This document shows, in pieces, positions 45,550 to 59,195 of a DNA stretch of 64,000 nucleotides; the first letter of the stretch is position 1; each line of letters begins with the position of its first letter. Both the position numbers and the translations under genes were made by a program. The notes below the pieces were generated by a model. It made no database searches and was not told the origin of the DNA. It saw only the letters and a program-made list of their open reading frames with translations. The DNA is from Chrysomallon squamiferum (lineage: Eukaryota; Animalia; Mollusca). The DNA lies in assembly GCA_012295275.1 (NCBI GenBank), contig CM022671.1, positions 19,096,001 through 19,160,000 of the forward strand, in the 5' to 3' direction.

Positions 45550-46874
45550 GTAAGCATTTATCTCTTCGAATAGAACTTTGTTATTACTCTGCAGTCAAGT
45601 ATGTTAGTGAGTACATGCGCACACTTTGTTTTTGTGCGTGTTCACGTGCTCCTGTGTTTATTTGTGCGTCTGCGTTTATGTGCACGCATGACTGGGTATG
45701 TATGATTATTGTTATTTAATAATATAGATATTCCAAGTGTCAGTATTTATATGTCACAATGTTTGTTTTTTTATCGATGTTTTTTCTTTCTTTCTTTTCT
45801 TTTTTTTTTTTTTTTTCTTTTCTTTTCTTTCACACAAAGCACTTAAATATATTATCTGATAGGTTACTGTCCAGTATGTTCAAGCTAGTCACTTGGAAAA
45901 AGAAACATTAATACTGTCAACATGTGAGAAAAGCAGCACGTCATGGATTGGGTTTGTTTACAATAAATACATAAATCTTCACTGATTACAAGGATTAGAA
46001 AATGATATTACTTATTTTCATTTGTTACCAAATTTTGCATTCAAAACAGTTCCAATGTTATCTAAAATGTTATCTAAAGATACCTGTTTACCTAGGATAA
46101 TCATTAGATTATTGTTATTATTTATTTATTTATTTATTTATTTAACAATTTATTTCAACTTTTGTTTCGGTTAGAGGTAACTGAAACGACATTTTGTATC
46201 GATCTGACACGTGTAAAACAGTATACAATAATTTTAATTATTTATTCAGTTTTTCTGGAAAAGTAATATAGTATAAAATCTAATCAAATAAATCAAATTA
46301 AACAACAGTAATATTATAACTAGATTTTCACGTTTGTAAAGGCAAGCCAATGTATCAACAATAAACAAATGTTCGACATACCAACAGCGGGATATCAAAT
46401 TCTTGGTTAGGTTGCTATGGCAATGTGTCAACGGACATGTTCTTTAATGCGATTATTAACGGTTTTAACTGCTATTTTGAATATAAATAAATAAGTGAAC
46501 AATCACGACAACAACAATAAAATTACAATCTAAACATTTTTTAAATCGAGAACAGAATTAAGAAAATGAAATTTTAACTGGCTTTACTATTGATATCCTT
46601 GACCTGTTTATCGAATGACAGATCTGGATAGGAAAAAGACACGTTCGAAAGATAATAACTTAGTGAAAACCTTTTTTTTTTTTTAATTTAAAGTTTAGAC
46701 ATCACGTAGACAGAACTACAATTAAAAACAAAACAAACAGTGACCTTTAATTTTTTTTATTGATACAAGTTTTGTCACAGAATGCAATTGTAATTACTTT
46801 GTGTTATTTGAAATTATGAATTGTGGACTATAGTGTTAATGAAGAACCACAAAAACAACCAGAAGTCTTCACAT

Positions 46875-46960
46875 GACGGGTTATTGTTTATCGCTTAGCA
46901 GCAAGAGATATTTTCACTTTACTTTCAGACATGAAAGCAGATACCATAATCTTTGATAAA
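46875..46960 (-). mobile_element. Decayed fragment of an interspersed (SINE-like) repeat
   Basis: Core CGCTTAGCAGCAAGAGATATTTT shared with 54919-54942 and the reverse complement of 55636-55658. Confidence 0.45.
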
Positions 46961-47753
46961 TTTGTCATTGAGACTACCAAAGAGGATAGATCCAGGAACC
47001 TTTTCAGTTTTATATCAACTTTAATATTATTAAACTATTGCTCGTTCAGGCACAGTCAATGGCGTTTTGTGCATTTTAATTAAAATTTAAACGTAGACCT
47101 CTCATTATGCGTATCTGAGCATTATGTTCCATCTGTTTAAATGTGATTGTATTTACATTCTTCAGAAGATAGATTTAAAGTGACATACTGCCCACACAGA
47201 TTAAAAGAAGGTCATATTTTAACTTTACTTCCCTAGGTTAATGAATTTCTATCTTTGTTTCTTTAAGTATAGCTGGGAGTTTCAGAATAATGACAATTTT
47301 CTTAAGTGCAATTATGTTATGATAGCATTTTGCTATATTGCTATAAAAAAAAAATGAAAAAAATCATTTAACAGATACACACTTTAGGCCTATGTACAAT
47401 TTGTCTCTTAAATTAAGAATCTTAGTTTTAGAAACCATTTTTTTATTTAAAATTTAATGATAAAATTTAAATACATTTTTTTTTTTTAATAATAAAGGCA
47501 TAAATAATACTGACGCAAGTACATAATTATGCAAACAACGAAATACATTTTCTGTTTCAAAATAATTCCTTTCTTTATTAATTTTTATTGTTATTGTTAT
47601 TTAATTATTTTTTTTGTAATTTCTATTTTACTTAATTTTTTTTATGTATTTATTATTATTATTATTATTTTATTTTATTTATTTATTTATGTTATTTTAT
47701 TTTTATTTTATTTCATTTTAATTTTTTAATTTAATTTTACTTTATTTTATTTT

Positions 47754-47785
<32 letters not shown>

Positions 47786-49926
47786 CTTTATTTCTTTATT
47801 TCTTTATTTATTATTTTGTTTTTGAGAGCGATAACAAAAATGAAAAAATAACATACCAAAAAAGAAAAATTAATTTTCTCCTTTCTTTCAAACGAACTCA
47901 ATTACATAGACACAGAAAACTGTAATTATATATTGTAATACAACAGTACACAGATTTATATATTATATACACCTTTGGCAGTTATATATATATATATATA
48001 AGATAGGTTTACCATGTTTATACTTACCTGTTCATTTTCTTCTGATGTTTACTATGTCAATGAATAAACTGTAGTTTTGCAGGAGCAAAAAAAAAATTAA
48101 TGAATTAATACATGCAATATTTTCTTTATCTGGTAGGAAATGATTCACATATAATAAGCAAATATAATAAATGTACAAGTTCATCATCCTATAAAGTCGT
48201 ATTTATTTTCTTCACTGAAACATTACTTCTGCTACTTCTGCAACTACCACCATTACTATTCGTACTATTAGAGAGGGAGATAGACAAAGGGAACAAGAAA
48301 GAGAGAGAAAGAAAGACAGATAGAAAGAAAGAAAGAAAAAAGGTAGACAGACACACGCGAGAGGGATCTATAACAGGTCTTACTGCATCAGTTGTAATAA
48401 AAAAAAAAAAAGACGAGTTAGCTTGGAAATGTAATACTGATACCTAGAAATGGAATTTAACCTGTAATGGGCATGTTGGTACATTTCAGTATGTATTTTA
48501 CCTTATTTGTCCGTGGCTGGAAATTCATTTAAACAGTCGTGTGTGCAAATACTGAAGGCAAATAGCATAGTGTTAATTTGCGTGAATCAACACGAGTACG
48601 TGCGTATGTTCTGAAATCCTGTACATCATGTCGAAATAACCTGACGTCTAAGAGCACCATTTTAAAATGAGTTTAAAATGTAAAAAAAAAATATGTATTT
48701 ATTTAATTTTTATCAGAACTAATTTAATTTTGTCTTTATATCCATAAGCTAACACGAAAAGAAAAGAAATAGAACTGAAGCATAAACAAAGAAGAAGAAG
48801 AAACAAACAAAAAAACAAAAACAAAAAAACAACCCAAAACCAACAACAATAATAAAGTGAAATGTTTTTTTTTTTTTTTTTTTTTTTCGATAAACACAAA
48901 AATACAAAATCATTTAAAAACATGCTTAAAGCAATAATAATGATTAATATAAATAAATAAATAAATACTATCATTCAACAGGCACATACAAAAGAACACG
49001 AAAAAACAAATCGTCATCATTTACCTGATGATGTGTTGTTTTAAAAAAAAATTATAACTGCTTGTTATTACACGTTATAAATAAATAAAACAGCGTTTTG
49101 AATGATAATATAATTAATTAACTGTTTGTTGAGAATGAATCATAGTACTAGTATTAGTATATTATTTTACCAGTGGAAGGGAAATAACTCCCGCGGACAT
49201 ATATTCTCTCAACAGCTTACTATAAACTATGATAATATAAAATATACCCGTCCCATGCACACTAACATCTAGTAACAAAGGTATTTATAGCCTGGGAGAC
49301 AATATAACAAATATTTACACTGTTGTTTGACATTTCACAAGACCTCTGAACAAGTCCTATAAATGGACTGTTAACTGGACAAAGTGATTCACAACACTGT
49401 AAAAAAATCCCTTCGACAAACATTTGTCTGCCTGGCTACACGTGCCAGCTAGGGTCACACCCAACACCGCTCACACTAATGTAAATCATTCACCGTGTTA
49501 AAGCAAACGTTTTTTCATATTCAGCGAAATTAGGCCTTGTCATTTTATTTACTTATTTATTTATAACTGTTGTTATTATTTTGCTATATTTAAACTTTAT
49601 CTCTTTTCAATTTAATCTTAATGTGTATTTAAGGAAGATGCAATTCTGTTACTGTTACTAGTTCTACTACTACTACTACTATTTCTACAACTATCATCAT
49701 AATCATCATCTTTATTAAAGCCTTAGGTACTGAACTGAATGTAGCCAATAAAGAAATGGACTATAACATTATACTTAAAAAATAAATATTCTGATCAAAG
49801 GTAATGAATATTTAGCGACACTTCAGTACATTAAGTTTCACATTCGACGTTTTTATCTCGGATATTTTGATGAAAATTTATTGATTTTTATATTCTGATT
49901 TCATTTCTTTCTTTTCTTTCTTTCTT

Positions 49927-49961
<35 letters not shown>

Positions 49962-50898
49962 TTTGTTTGTTGTTGTTTTTTTTTGTTTTTTTTTTGTTTT
50001 GTTTTTTAAATGAAATGGAAAACCAAAACTGTTTTTACATTACTGGATCGAGTTGAATAATAACCAAAGGCATTTTATTATAGATTTTAAACAAATGACT
50101 TTTTGTACTGAACTGAGGAATGTAATCGGCGTCCCATTTCACTCTTTTTTCTGTATCTGTCTTTTCTCTTTTATTTTATTTTTTTTTTTTATTTTTATTT
50201 TTATTTTTTATTTTTTATTTTTATTTTTTTGTCTCTTCGGTTATGTCTCTTAATTAATAATTAGTAATACATAATAACGTTTTCCAAATTTATTTGTAAA
50301 ACTGATAAGTGTTGAGACAACGTCCTTTCAGTGAAAAACAGTCTTTGTTACCAGCAGAGAGCGAATCTCTGATTTATCTCGCATAACAAATGTTGCCAAA
50401 CATTTCTGTTTAAACAAGATCAGCAGGTGAAGAATGGAGTTTGTAACAAACATCTGTTGTTTTCTACACACCGAGGTACGTTTGTGCTGACTAATACTGT
50501 GACTAGTTTAATGAACACAAACGAAAATACACAACCGTAGTTCATCTAATAAATACAGTCAGAAGAAAATATAACGTGTAATTTATACAAGATAAAAAAA
50601 AAAATAAATAAATAAATAAATAAAAGAAGAAAAGAAATGCTGTATATTATTCTTAAATAGATTAGCATATCTTTTAAATTTATTACTATCAATAAATTAT
50701 TTTAGCAGGTTCATCAAATTATGAATATAATGTGCAATTTAAAGGCTTTGTTCATCTATTCTTGTAAAAATGTTTTAATACAAGTTTTAATAAATAATAA
50801 TTAATAACGAATTACAGAGCGCTATACATTAATTTGCCTGACGTGCAAAACTTGAAATTTAGTCTTACAATTTAGTATATTTAACATTTCTTAAAACC

Positions 50899-50990
<92 letters not shown>
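50899..50990. repeat. (GA)n microsatellite
   Basis: Directly visible. Confidence 0.95.
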
Positions 50991-50992
<2 letters not shown>

Positions 50993-52688
50993 TTAGAAGT
51001 TCTATCACAGTGCATTTAATATGGGAATTTCGGTAACATTAAGACTTATTACTCAACGGTAATGCGGTATATGGATAGGTCTTTCTCGTGAATGTTTCTC
51101 CATTCCCAGCCAACGTTACGCTGTGATTCAGATACGTCTACAATTCAGTGCTAGAGATTGCAGCATGTACAGCTAAGTCTGGAATGTTCTGTAAAACATT
51201 TATCATCCTTACAATAATGGACAAACAATTAGTGAGAAAGAAATGTTTACTTTCAAAAACTTATTCATCAGCTGGAAATGTATCTTTGATTATTGGGTTG
51301 ATTTTTGCTTTTTGTCTTCTTCTTCTTCTTCTTTTTAAATGATATTTGAACTTTAAAAAAAATAATATCGACATATGATATTTTGGGTATCGGAGAAAGA
51401 AATCTAAACGTACATAATAATACTATAGGCAGTTGTACTGAACTATCTGCATATCATTCACATACATATACACACAACATAAGTATCCATAATCCAGTTT
51501 TTCATGGAGACGAACGCATTTACCTATAATTTATTTATTTACTTATTTTTTTTATATATTTTTCTTTACGAATACCGTTAAGCAATGGTACGTTGATACA
51601 AGTTTCTCCGCTTACACTAATTCATTTATGTTGATTGATATATGTCTATCACTGTCGGGAATGACATGTGTACCTCTTATAACGTAAAACAGAAGGGAAG
51701 CAAACACCACCCGAGGCCGAATTCAGCCGGCCAGGTGTCATGTCTAGGCCAATCTAGATCAATACAGATTAAAACCACTGCATTAACCGGTCAACTTGTG
51801 GCGTTTCAATTTGGTGTGAGGATGTGTTAGCAGAGGGTAACGGGGCGGGGGGGGGGGGTATAACTGACAGCCCCCTTCGGCAATGGTAGTCAGTATGATT
51901 TACATGCGTTAAATTTTTCAAAATGTATTTCTTCGCAAGGGAAGGTTAGTTCAGTGTTATTTATTTATTTATTTAAAGTTCTAAGCATAAAAATAAATGG
52001 TGCCAAAATTGCCAGAAGTAAAGTAATGGCAATTATCACTATAACATAGTTTCAACCAAAAAAAAAAACCAACACATTTCTGTGTTTTTGCTGTTTTTAC
52101 TGATAAACGATATCGAAAATATTAAAGATTATGTTGTAAAATGTTTTATTTTTTATAAAGAGAATATAACATGAACAACAACAAAAACAAAAAGTAATCT
52201 GTATAATAATATAAGTTACAAAATTAACAGAAAATTTGTTTCATCTCCTCTTCGATCTGAACATCTAAGGCCAGTAAAGTACATCTTATTCTCGTAATTT
52301 CCAAGCGTGTAATGACTAATTTAGGTATTACGGTTTGCCACTAGCGTTTGATGGATTTTTGACAAGATAAATGACCGTGATACGGCTTCCTTATCGGCTG
52401 ATGCAAACAGGTGACCCGCTAGGTCGCCAAGGCAATCGGCAGCAAGGCAGTCATAGCACAGCGTTCACGCGTGGTCTCGCGAGAATTATGCAGTGCTAGC
52501 TTACTTACTCTGTGGCTACATTATTTTGTACGGGGAGTGGGGGGCGAGCGTGGATGAATGGGGCATATGTGCTATTAAGATTTCGAACAGAGGAAGTGTT
52601 TCAAAATCTAATTAAAAACTCAGACTAGAAAATGTTGCTCAAAATAAAAAATAAATGTTTATATGCGAAAAGTGTCAGTATATTCTCA

Positions 52689-52731
52689 GACAGAAACTGG
52701 GCAACAGAACAAATTCCATGACAGTACAGTA
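52689..52731 (+). repeat. 43-bp exact direct repeat, copy 1
   Basis: GACAGAAACTGGGCAACAGAACAAATTCCATGACAGTACAGTA, also at 53774-53816. Confidence 0.9.
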
Positions 52732-53773
52732 CACGCCTCCAATTTAGATTGTAATAATTTAACTTTAAATCATCATTGAAATGCTTTGCAACAGTATTGT
52801 AAAATCTCTGACGCTGATTTTATACGATAACTATAATGGAAAACGGCATAGTGCAATATATGACAAAATATATTATTTAATTTTATGTTACTGAATATAG
52901 AGACCGTACTTTGAAGTAAGAAAGCTTGCAAATGAAGATGTGAATTATCGGTAATATTGACTTTGATCTGTTTTTGTTATGTATGCAGTCATGTAGCTGT
53001 AGAATTATTTCAGGTAATTCAAATATATAATACAAAAAAAAAAGGTATTATTCTCTAATAGAAGAAAGTTAATGCAAACTATGTGTATGGTTACTACACT
53101 AAATGCTGTGTTTGGCAAGCTGTCAGTTAACACGTTAACGAAAGCGTTATTACTAAGAGTAGACTGTACAGTATATCGGAATACTGTATTTATAACTATC
53201 ATACTAGAGCATTACATGCACTGTAACATTTATATATGCATGTACATAATATATCTATTTCATGGATGATTTTATGAGTGCCTTCTTGTAAAAATTCCTG
53301 TCTCCTTTACATTCACATATACTATTGCTCTACTATATATTGTATTGTATCATTCCTAAACATATACCTACACACAGTACATACACTGTTCTGTTGTAGA
53401 TATACAACTGTGCTACCTAGCTATTTATATAATTATATTGTATTAATATTTTCAATGATAATATTATTTTAGTACGCTAATTCATGCAAACTAAATATCA
53501 TGTTCATTAATTTTATATTGTTTATATTTGAATATTATGGCCATTTTATGCTGAATGCGTATTTATTGTTTTTCTTAATTCAGTATTATACAGGAAAATG
53601 ACTAATAATAGTAAACTAATTCTTTGCACGATTCCACTTTTCCCCTTTATTATAAAGATTATATATATACATTTTTATGTTTTATTAATATTATTTTTTT
53701 TTACGTAACTCTCAGGTTGTGTCTCAGTGCATTATTATACAGTTTTATCATTCATCGTTGCTACTAATACGAT

Positions 53774-53816
53774 GACAGAAACTGGGCAACAGAACAAATT
53801 CCATGACAGTACAGTA
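53774..53816 (+). repeat. 43-bp exact direct repeat, copy 2
   Basis: Identical to 52689-52731. Confidence 0.9.
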
Positions 53817-54879
53817 TCTCTGCCGAGTTAGTAACATCAACCCAGTCATGCTTTTTATTACCCAGCCACTATGTTTATATATAGAGATGTTAATTTATAG
53901 GACAGCTTCAGTATTATTATATGCAAACAAAATCTTCTGTTATGGAACGATTTATGATTATAATTAATGTATTTTAATGATACAGAATTATTAGTGATTT
54001 GTGAAAATTACGATATGAACTTATATTTTGAAAACCTTACTTTTTTTTTCATTTCTCTATAACATATTTTTCTTTCCTTTTCTCTTTAAACAACAAACCA
54101 ACGACAACATTAGTATTTAACTTATAAACATATAACTGGATAAAAAATACATTAAGTTTAATAGTTTACTATTGGCGCATTCAGTAAGTTCCATGCACTT
54201 GTGAAAAATGTTAATGCATCTAATTATGTTTGAAGCTACTATAGCCACAATTAGATAGTTACATTAGATTATCTTAGTATCATTTTTAATATAGCCGGAC
54301 CAGCAAAACAATAAATATAAAGAAATCTAAACGTTTTGTGAAGAAGAGGAAAATTTAGAGACAAGAGAAAATATATAGGTCTGAGCTATTACTTATTATT
54401 AAGGAGCTGGTAGCTGGAGTCGATCTCGATAAATTTCAGCCAGAATTAACCAAAATGTTAATAGAGGTGATGCAACAATTGGTGGAACTTGATTTGATAT
54501 GCTGCACGACCTGTACGATGATATGAAGTGCAGGGGGTCTGGATTGGCTAATTAATGTTGGTCATTCTGCAGAGAAACAGATGTGGGCATCTACATAGAT
54601 TTATTGTTTATAATTAACCCTTCTTACACTATCTTGTGCCGTTGGGTAAAGGCCTGAGTGTAATGAAGTTCTACTCTGCTCTGTTCTGGTAAGTAATTCC
54701 ATTAGTTTGCTAATTAAAACCAGTCGTCAGCATTTTTCGCTAATAAGTAGTGATCAGCTTTGTTTGCAAGCTCACTGGCAACCGCCATTGTAAAATCTTA
54801 ACTTTCTGATGAAAATATAATCTGAATTAAGAAAGAAGGGTGACTTTTTAAATAAATACAGTATGTTCGATATTTGTTT

Positions 54880-54965
54880 GTGAAAACCGTTTCCGTCTTG
54901 CGATGACCTATTCTTCTGAAGTTAGCAGCAAAGGATGCTTTTAAAAATTATTCATTTTTCAGACT
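54880..54965 (-). mobile_element. Decayed fragment of the same interspersed repeat
   Basis: Core AGTTAGCAGCAAAGGATGCTTTT. Confidence 0.4.
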
Positions 54966-55599
54966 ATTGTTTCATTCATTTACACAGAAGCAAAATCATA
55001 TGCATACCTGCATACACACATAATCATACATTATATACACCCATAATTCAGCAAGTCTAGATTTTGCTGTCGTCATGGTGGTGCCCTCGATGTCGGTTAT
55101 CTATGCAATCAGGTGTAACGCACGAAAATATACTAGATGGGGCAACTGTTACTGTGAAGTGCAGTTTTGTATGCAACATCGCTCTCGTGAACTCCGTAAA
55201 TATCTCACTGTTAAGAGATGTCACTAATGTGTACTTCACAACATGGTTATCTGAGAAACATCATCATCCAAAGCGTTCTTAATTACGGTACGAACAAGAC
55301 GAAACAAGATATGTTTTAATTTAACTATCAAAAAATAAATAAATAAACAAATCATTAAATAAATAAAAAATGAAAAAATAAAAAATAAAAATAATAATAA
55401 TAAATAAATAAAAAAAAATATTTGTTTGAAACGAAAGTGTTTGTTAGTGTTACGTGTCTTGTTACTGATGTTACTGTGATTATTTAAATTTAATTTGTTT
55501 AATTTAATATATATCTGATAAGCTAATAATGCATATCTGTTTCTCGGTTTATCGTCATACAGGGCAGGCTACGCCCATTGTGTCATTTGAAATAACTAG

Positions 55600-55835
55600 T
55601 TGCTCAATGACTGTTTTTTCTTTGAATATGCGTGTGAAAGATCCCTTGCTTCTAATCGTCAAGTGTATCTCGAAGAACACAAAATAGGGTGTCTTCCAGG
55701 CCACACAGGGTTCCTTTTCTTAAATTCTTAATAATATCGTAGTTTTGAGAGTAATTTTACATATAACGCGATATAACCGCAGATTTAAAAATAGAGCGTG
55801 CATCGTTAAAATAACATATTTTTTCTTTCCTTATT
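55600..55835 (+). mobile_element. Longer decayed copy of the interspersed (SINE-like) repeat
   Basis: GAAAGATCCCTTGCTTCTAATCG...GGGTTCC...ATATAACCGC...GTGCATCGTTAAAATAACATATT followed by a pyrimidine tail; core shared with two other loci here. Confidence 0.5.
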
Positions 55836-56025
55836 ATCTCTGTCTCTACCTTCTGACCTCTCTATCTCTCCAACGCTCTGATAATAATTAATTATCATAG
55901 TTAACATTAAAAAAAAATATATTATATTAAATATCAGAGACAGTTCTATTGTAATATAATAGTTGATATTGATAATGAAAACGGCCCTGTAATGGCTGCA
56001 ATGATACATCTGTACACTAACATAA

Positions 56026-56034
56026 ACACACACC

Positions 56035-56090
<56 letters not shown>
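56026..56090. repeat. (CA)n microsatellite
   Basis: Directly visible; explains the spurious VCVC ORFs. Confidence 0.95.
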
Positions 56091-56091
<1 letters not shown>

Positions 56092-59000
56092 TACGTAATG
56101 CTGTTTTTATTTTCTGAAAAATAAATCGGTAAAAACTCAAGAAAATAATATTAATTTTGCTTTGCTACTTTTCATTAAAAAAAACGCATGCAGGTGTGGA
56201 TAAAGAATTTCAGAAAGAGGAAAAAATCTTCGTAGAGGATACAATTTTTTAAACGACATCAACTGATAAAAGAAGAAGAAACAGGTTACTTCCATTGATA
56301 ATTATGCACACGTGTGGCATATATTAAAAATACATATAACATACACTGACTATTAGCAATTACAAACATCTGAGTTTTATGTCTTTGTTTTAACGAAAAA
56401 GAAAGCGTTGGATAAATATCTGCTAAAGTTATATAAATGCAATTGCTAGTTAAATGCCCGGATAGATAAACACTAAGGTTAAAAAAAATAAAATAAAAAT
56501 GAAAATAAAAATAAAAATAAAAATAAAATAATATTATAACTAAAGGAAAATTATCAATAAATAAATAACAAGAAAAACAAAATTAAGAAATAATAAGTTT
56601 TATAATTAAATACTAATACTAATACTACTACCAATAATAATAATTTAGAAATCCACGTCATAATTAAGAATATACTTTCGGACTTGAACTCGTTAAAAGC
56701 AGTAATATAAAACGAGTACCTGTTAAAAATGTTGAGTTTTATTATAAGACAACATAAAAGTTAGAGCGAGTTCTGTGCTTGAAACTTGTGCAAAAACAAT
56801 AAAGAAATAATTAAATGAACTCAGAGTGGGTTTAGGAATGCTTGCTACGGAAACAAGAACCACCTTTCGCACGTATGAGATAACGTTTCGTTTTAAATGG
56901 TGGCCTACATAAAAGACTGCAAAATACAGGTCATAAAATACAGTTCTTGAATTGTTTTCAGAATTAGACTCGAAGTAAAAAGATAATAATAAATAACCAC
57001 ACAGCCAGGTGCAATTTACGATTGATATCAGCTGCAGTATTTTGACAGTGTGCAATTAAATACAACAGTGCACGCTCATCTGTTTTTCACAGGAACACCT
57101 TTTTATTACCACAAGTTATCCACTGGGCTAAGTTCCCCAGACCGATAAGCGATAATTCGCTTCTATTTTAGACGAGAGAGCTTAAAACAGAGTTGTCATC
57201 CACACGGACAAACAAGACAATGTATATATTTCCAGTTATGACACAAAGTATACACACGTCTCATCTTACATCGTCTTTCCAAATTAGGGAGGAAAGTGGA
57301 ACGAACTGAACATAGCATTGGTTGTTATAATCAGAGAGTTATTGGCACCGTATGTGTTACGATACGCCTCTAGTACACGGGCGAGACAATGCCTGGTTTT
57401 CGTTCTTGTTTGGGTTTTTTTTTTTTTTTTAAACTTTCTGTTTCGTTTGATAAAAAATGTACTGGTATTTACTGTTTGTACTGTTTTATTTTAAGTTTAA
57501 CTTATTTTAGTTATAATCTATTTGTTTAGCTATAACCAGTTCAAACAGTATGATAATAATCATTACATACAGTGAATCTATTAATTGATATATTTATTTC
57601 AAGTCACATCTTATATTTTAACTTCTATCAAAATGATAGCAGTTAACTTTTAGAAAACAAATAAAAAATTCATTTCTGACGGATTGATTAACATTATGCT
57701 TAGGTATCATTAATAATTAAGCTAATCTATCAAAATAACAAATTACGCTGTATTCTTTTTTTCATCAAACTGCAAGCGAGTGTGATTACTTATATCTGTG
57801 TATTCACATATTTCCCATCAAAGACAGAGTATATATAAGTGCAAAATTCAGTTTGTACTAGAAAAACAATTGCAAAATACAGTTTTCCATCCAATCATAA
57901 TTTCGGTTGAAAACATTTCATTGCAGTGCGTTTTAAACTTTTTTTTCAGATTTTGCTACCATGCATCGTTTCTTTCTTTAAACAACTCTGTTGTGTCTTA
58001 GATCTAACTTGTCCCATTGGTGGAATGAATCTACGTTAATATTTGGCCCAAAACCGAATTCAGCTCACCAGTGCTCTGAAGGCTTCACTCTACTTTGTCT
58101 GTAAAGGTGCAGCGCTCACTGCACACAGGGCTATCATATTACCCAAACACCCAATCTCAAGCGAAGAATATTTTATCCCGTCGCCCTCTTTGGCTCCTGA
58201 AGAAAAAGCGAACGAGTCTTCTCTAGTGGTACATTTTCCACTCTCTCGGTAACTTTCTCAAGGACGGTACTAACAGCCACAGGAGTTCTTGCTTCTAACA
58301 CGATCACCTAGATTAATAGTAAGCTATAGTTCTCTGTTTTTGCTTTGTTTTTGTTTAAATATTTTCTTTCTTTACTCGTTTGGATAAGTTTTTATGCTTT
58401 CGCTGTGAGCAGCTGTGGATGACTTTCTCTCTCCATTTTTTTTAAATTTCTTCCGATTAAAAAATATATATAAAAAATAAATGAAAATAAAATAAAAAAT
58501 TAAGAGAGAGATGACGAAGAGCGAGAAATAGCATGACATTTTTTGTACATAATTATAAGATATAAGGTGCATGTTTTTGTAATTTGAAGATTTGTTTCAC
58601 TAGTTATAACATTTATGTAAATAAAATTAATAATTTCCACAGGAATGGGTTACCTCTGTTTTAAAAAAAAATTTCAAAGATCTCTTCAGAGTTCAAGTTT
58701 AATTATCATTATTATTATTATTATTACTGCCACGCCTTTTAAATAATACTGGCCATGGCCCCGCTGTCACCCTTTTTGTTTACAGTAACGCTTGTTGTTT
58801 CATACCCTTAAACATTTCGAATACAGACCTATCAGTGAATAAACCGCACAAATGCAGTTAAATGTGCATTTATGTCAAATACTTGAAATAACTATAGATA
58901 GGAGTGGTATTTACGATAGCAGGTTTACATTTGGTCCATGATTACATATTCCTCACAAATATTTTCACTATATGAAATAAGCGGTTTTATTGTGGATAAT

Positions 59001-59099
59001 CCTAAGAGCCTATAAAGGAAGCACACACCCGATAGTTACGGAGTTACTGCGCTACCTTTTAATAAACATTCAACAGGTTTGTGTATTGATAAGATAGTC

Positions 59100-59195
59100 A
59101 GACTGCTTCCTTTCATACGCTCTTCCGTCAAAGGCAATCGGAAGTTCCGGTTGCCGTCGTGACGTAAGAGGTTCGCTCGAATCGTGGCTGCTGTT
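59100..59195. promoter_or_regulatory. CpG-dense candidate promoter/enhancer with inverted ETS-like sites and a CRE-like site
   Basis: GGCAATCGGAA-G-TTCCGGTTGCC imperfect palindrome (59133-59155) followed by TGACGTAA (59160-59167). Confidence 0.4.

Noticed and set aside
45297-45557. 86-aa minus-strand ORF
   Set aside because: No recognisable domain or partner exons; the + strand donor is the stronger signal.
51700-51885. GC-rich patch with poly-G/poly-C hairpin as an ncRNA
   Set aside because: Pairing depends on homopolymer runs; no tRNA, snRNA or other family motif recognised.
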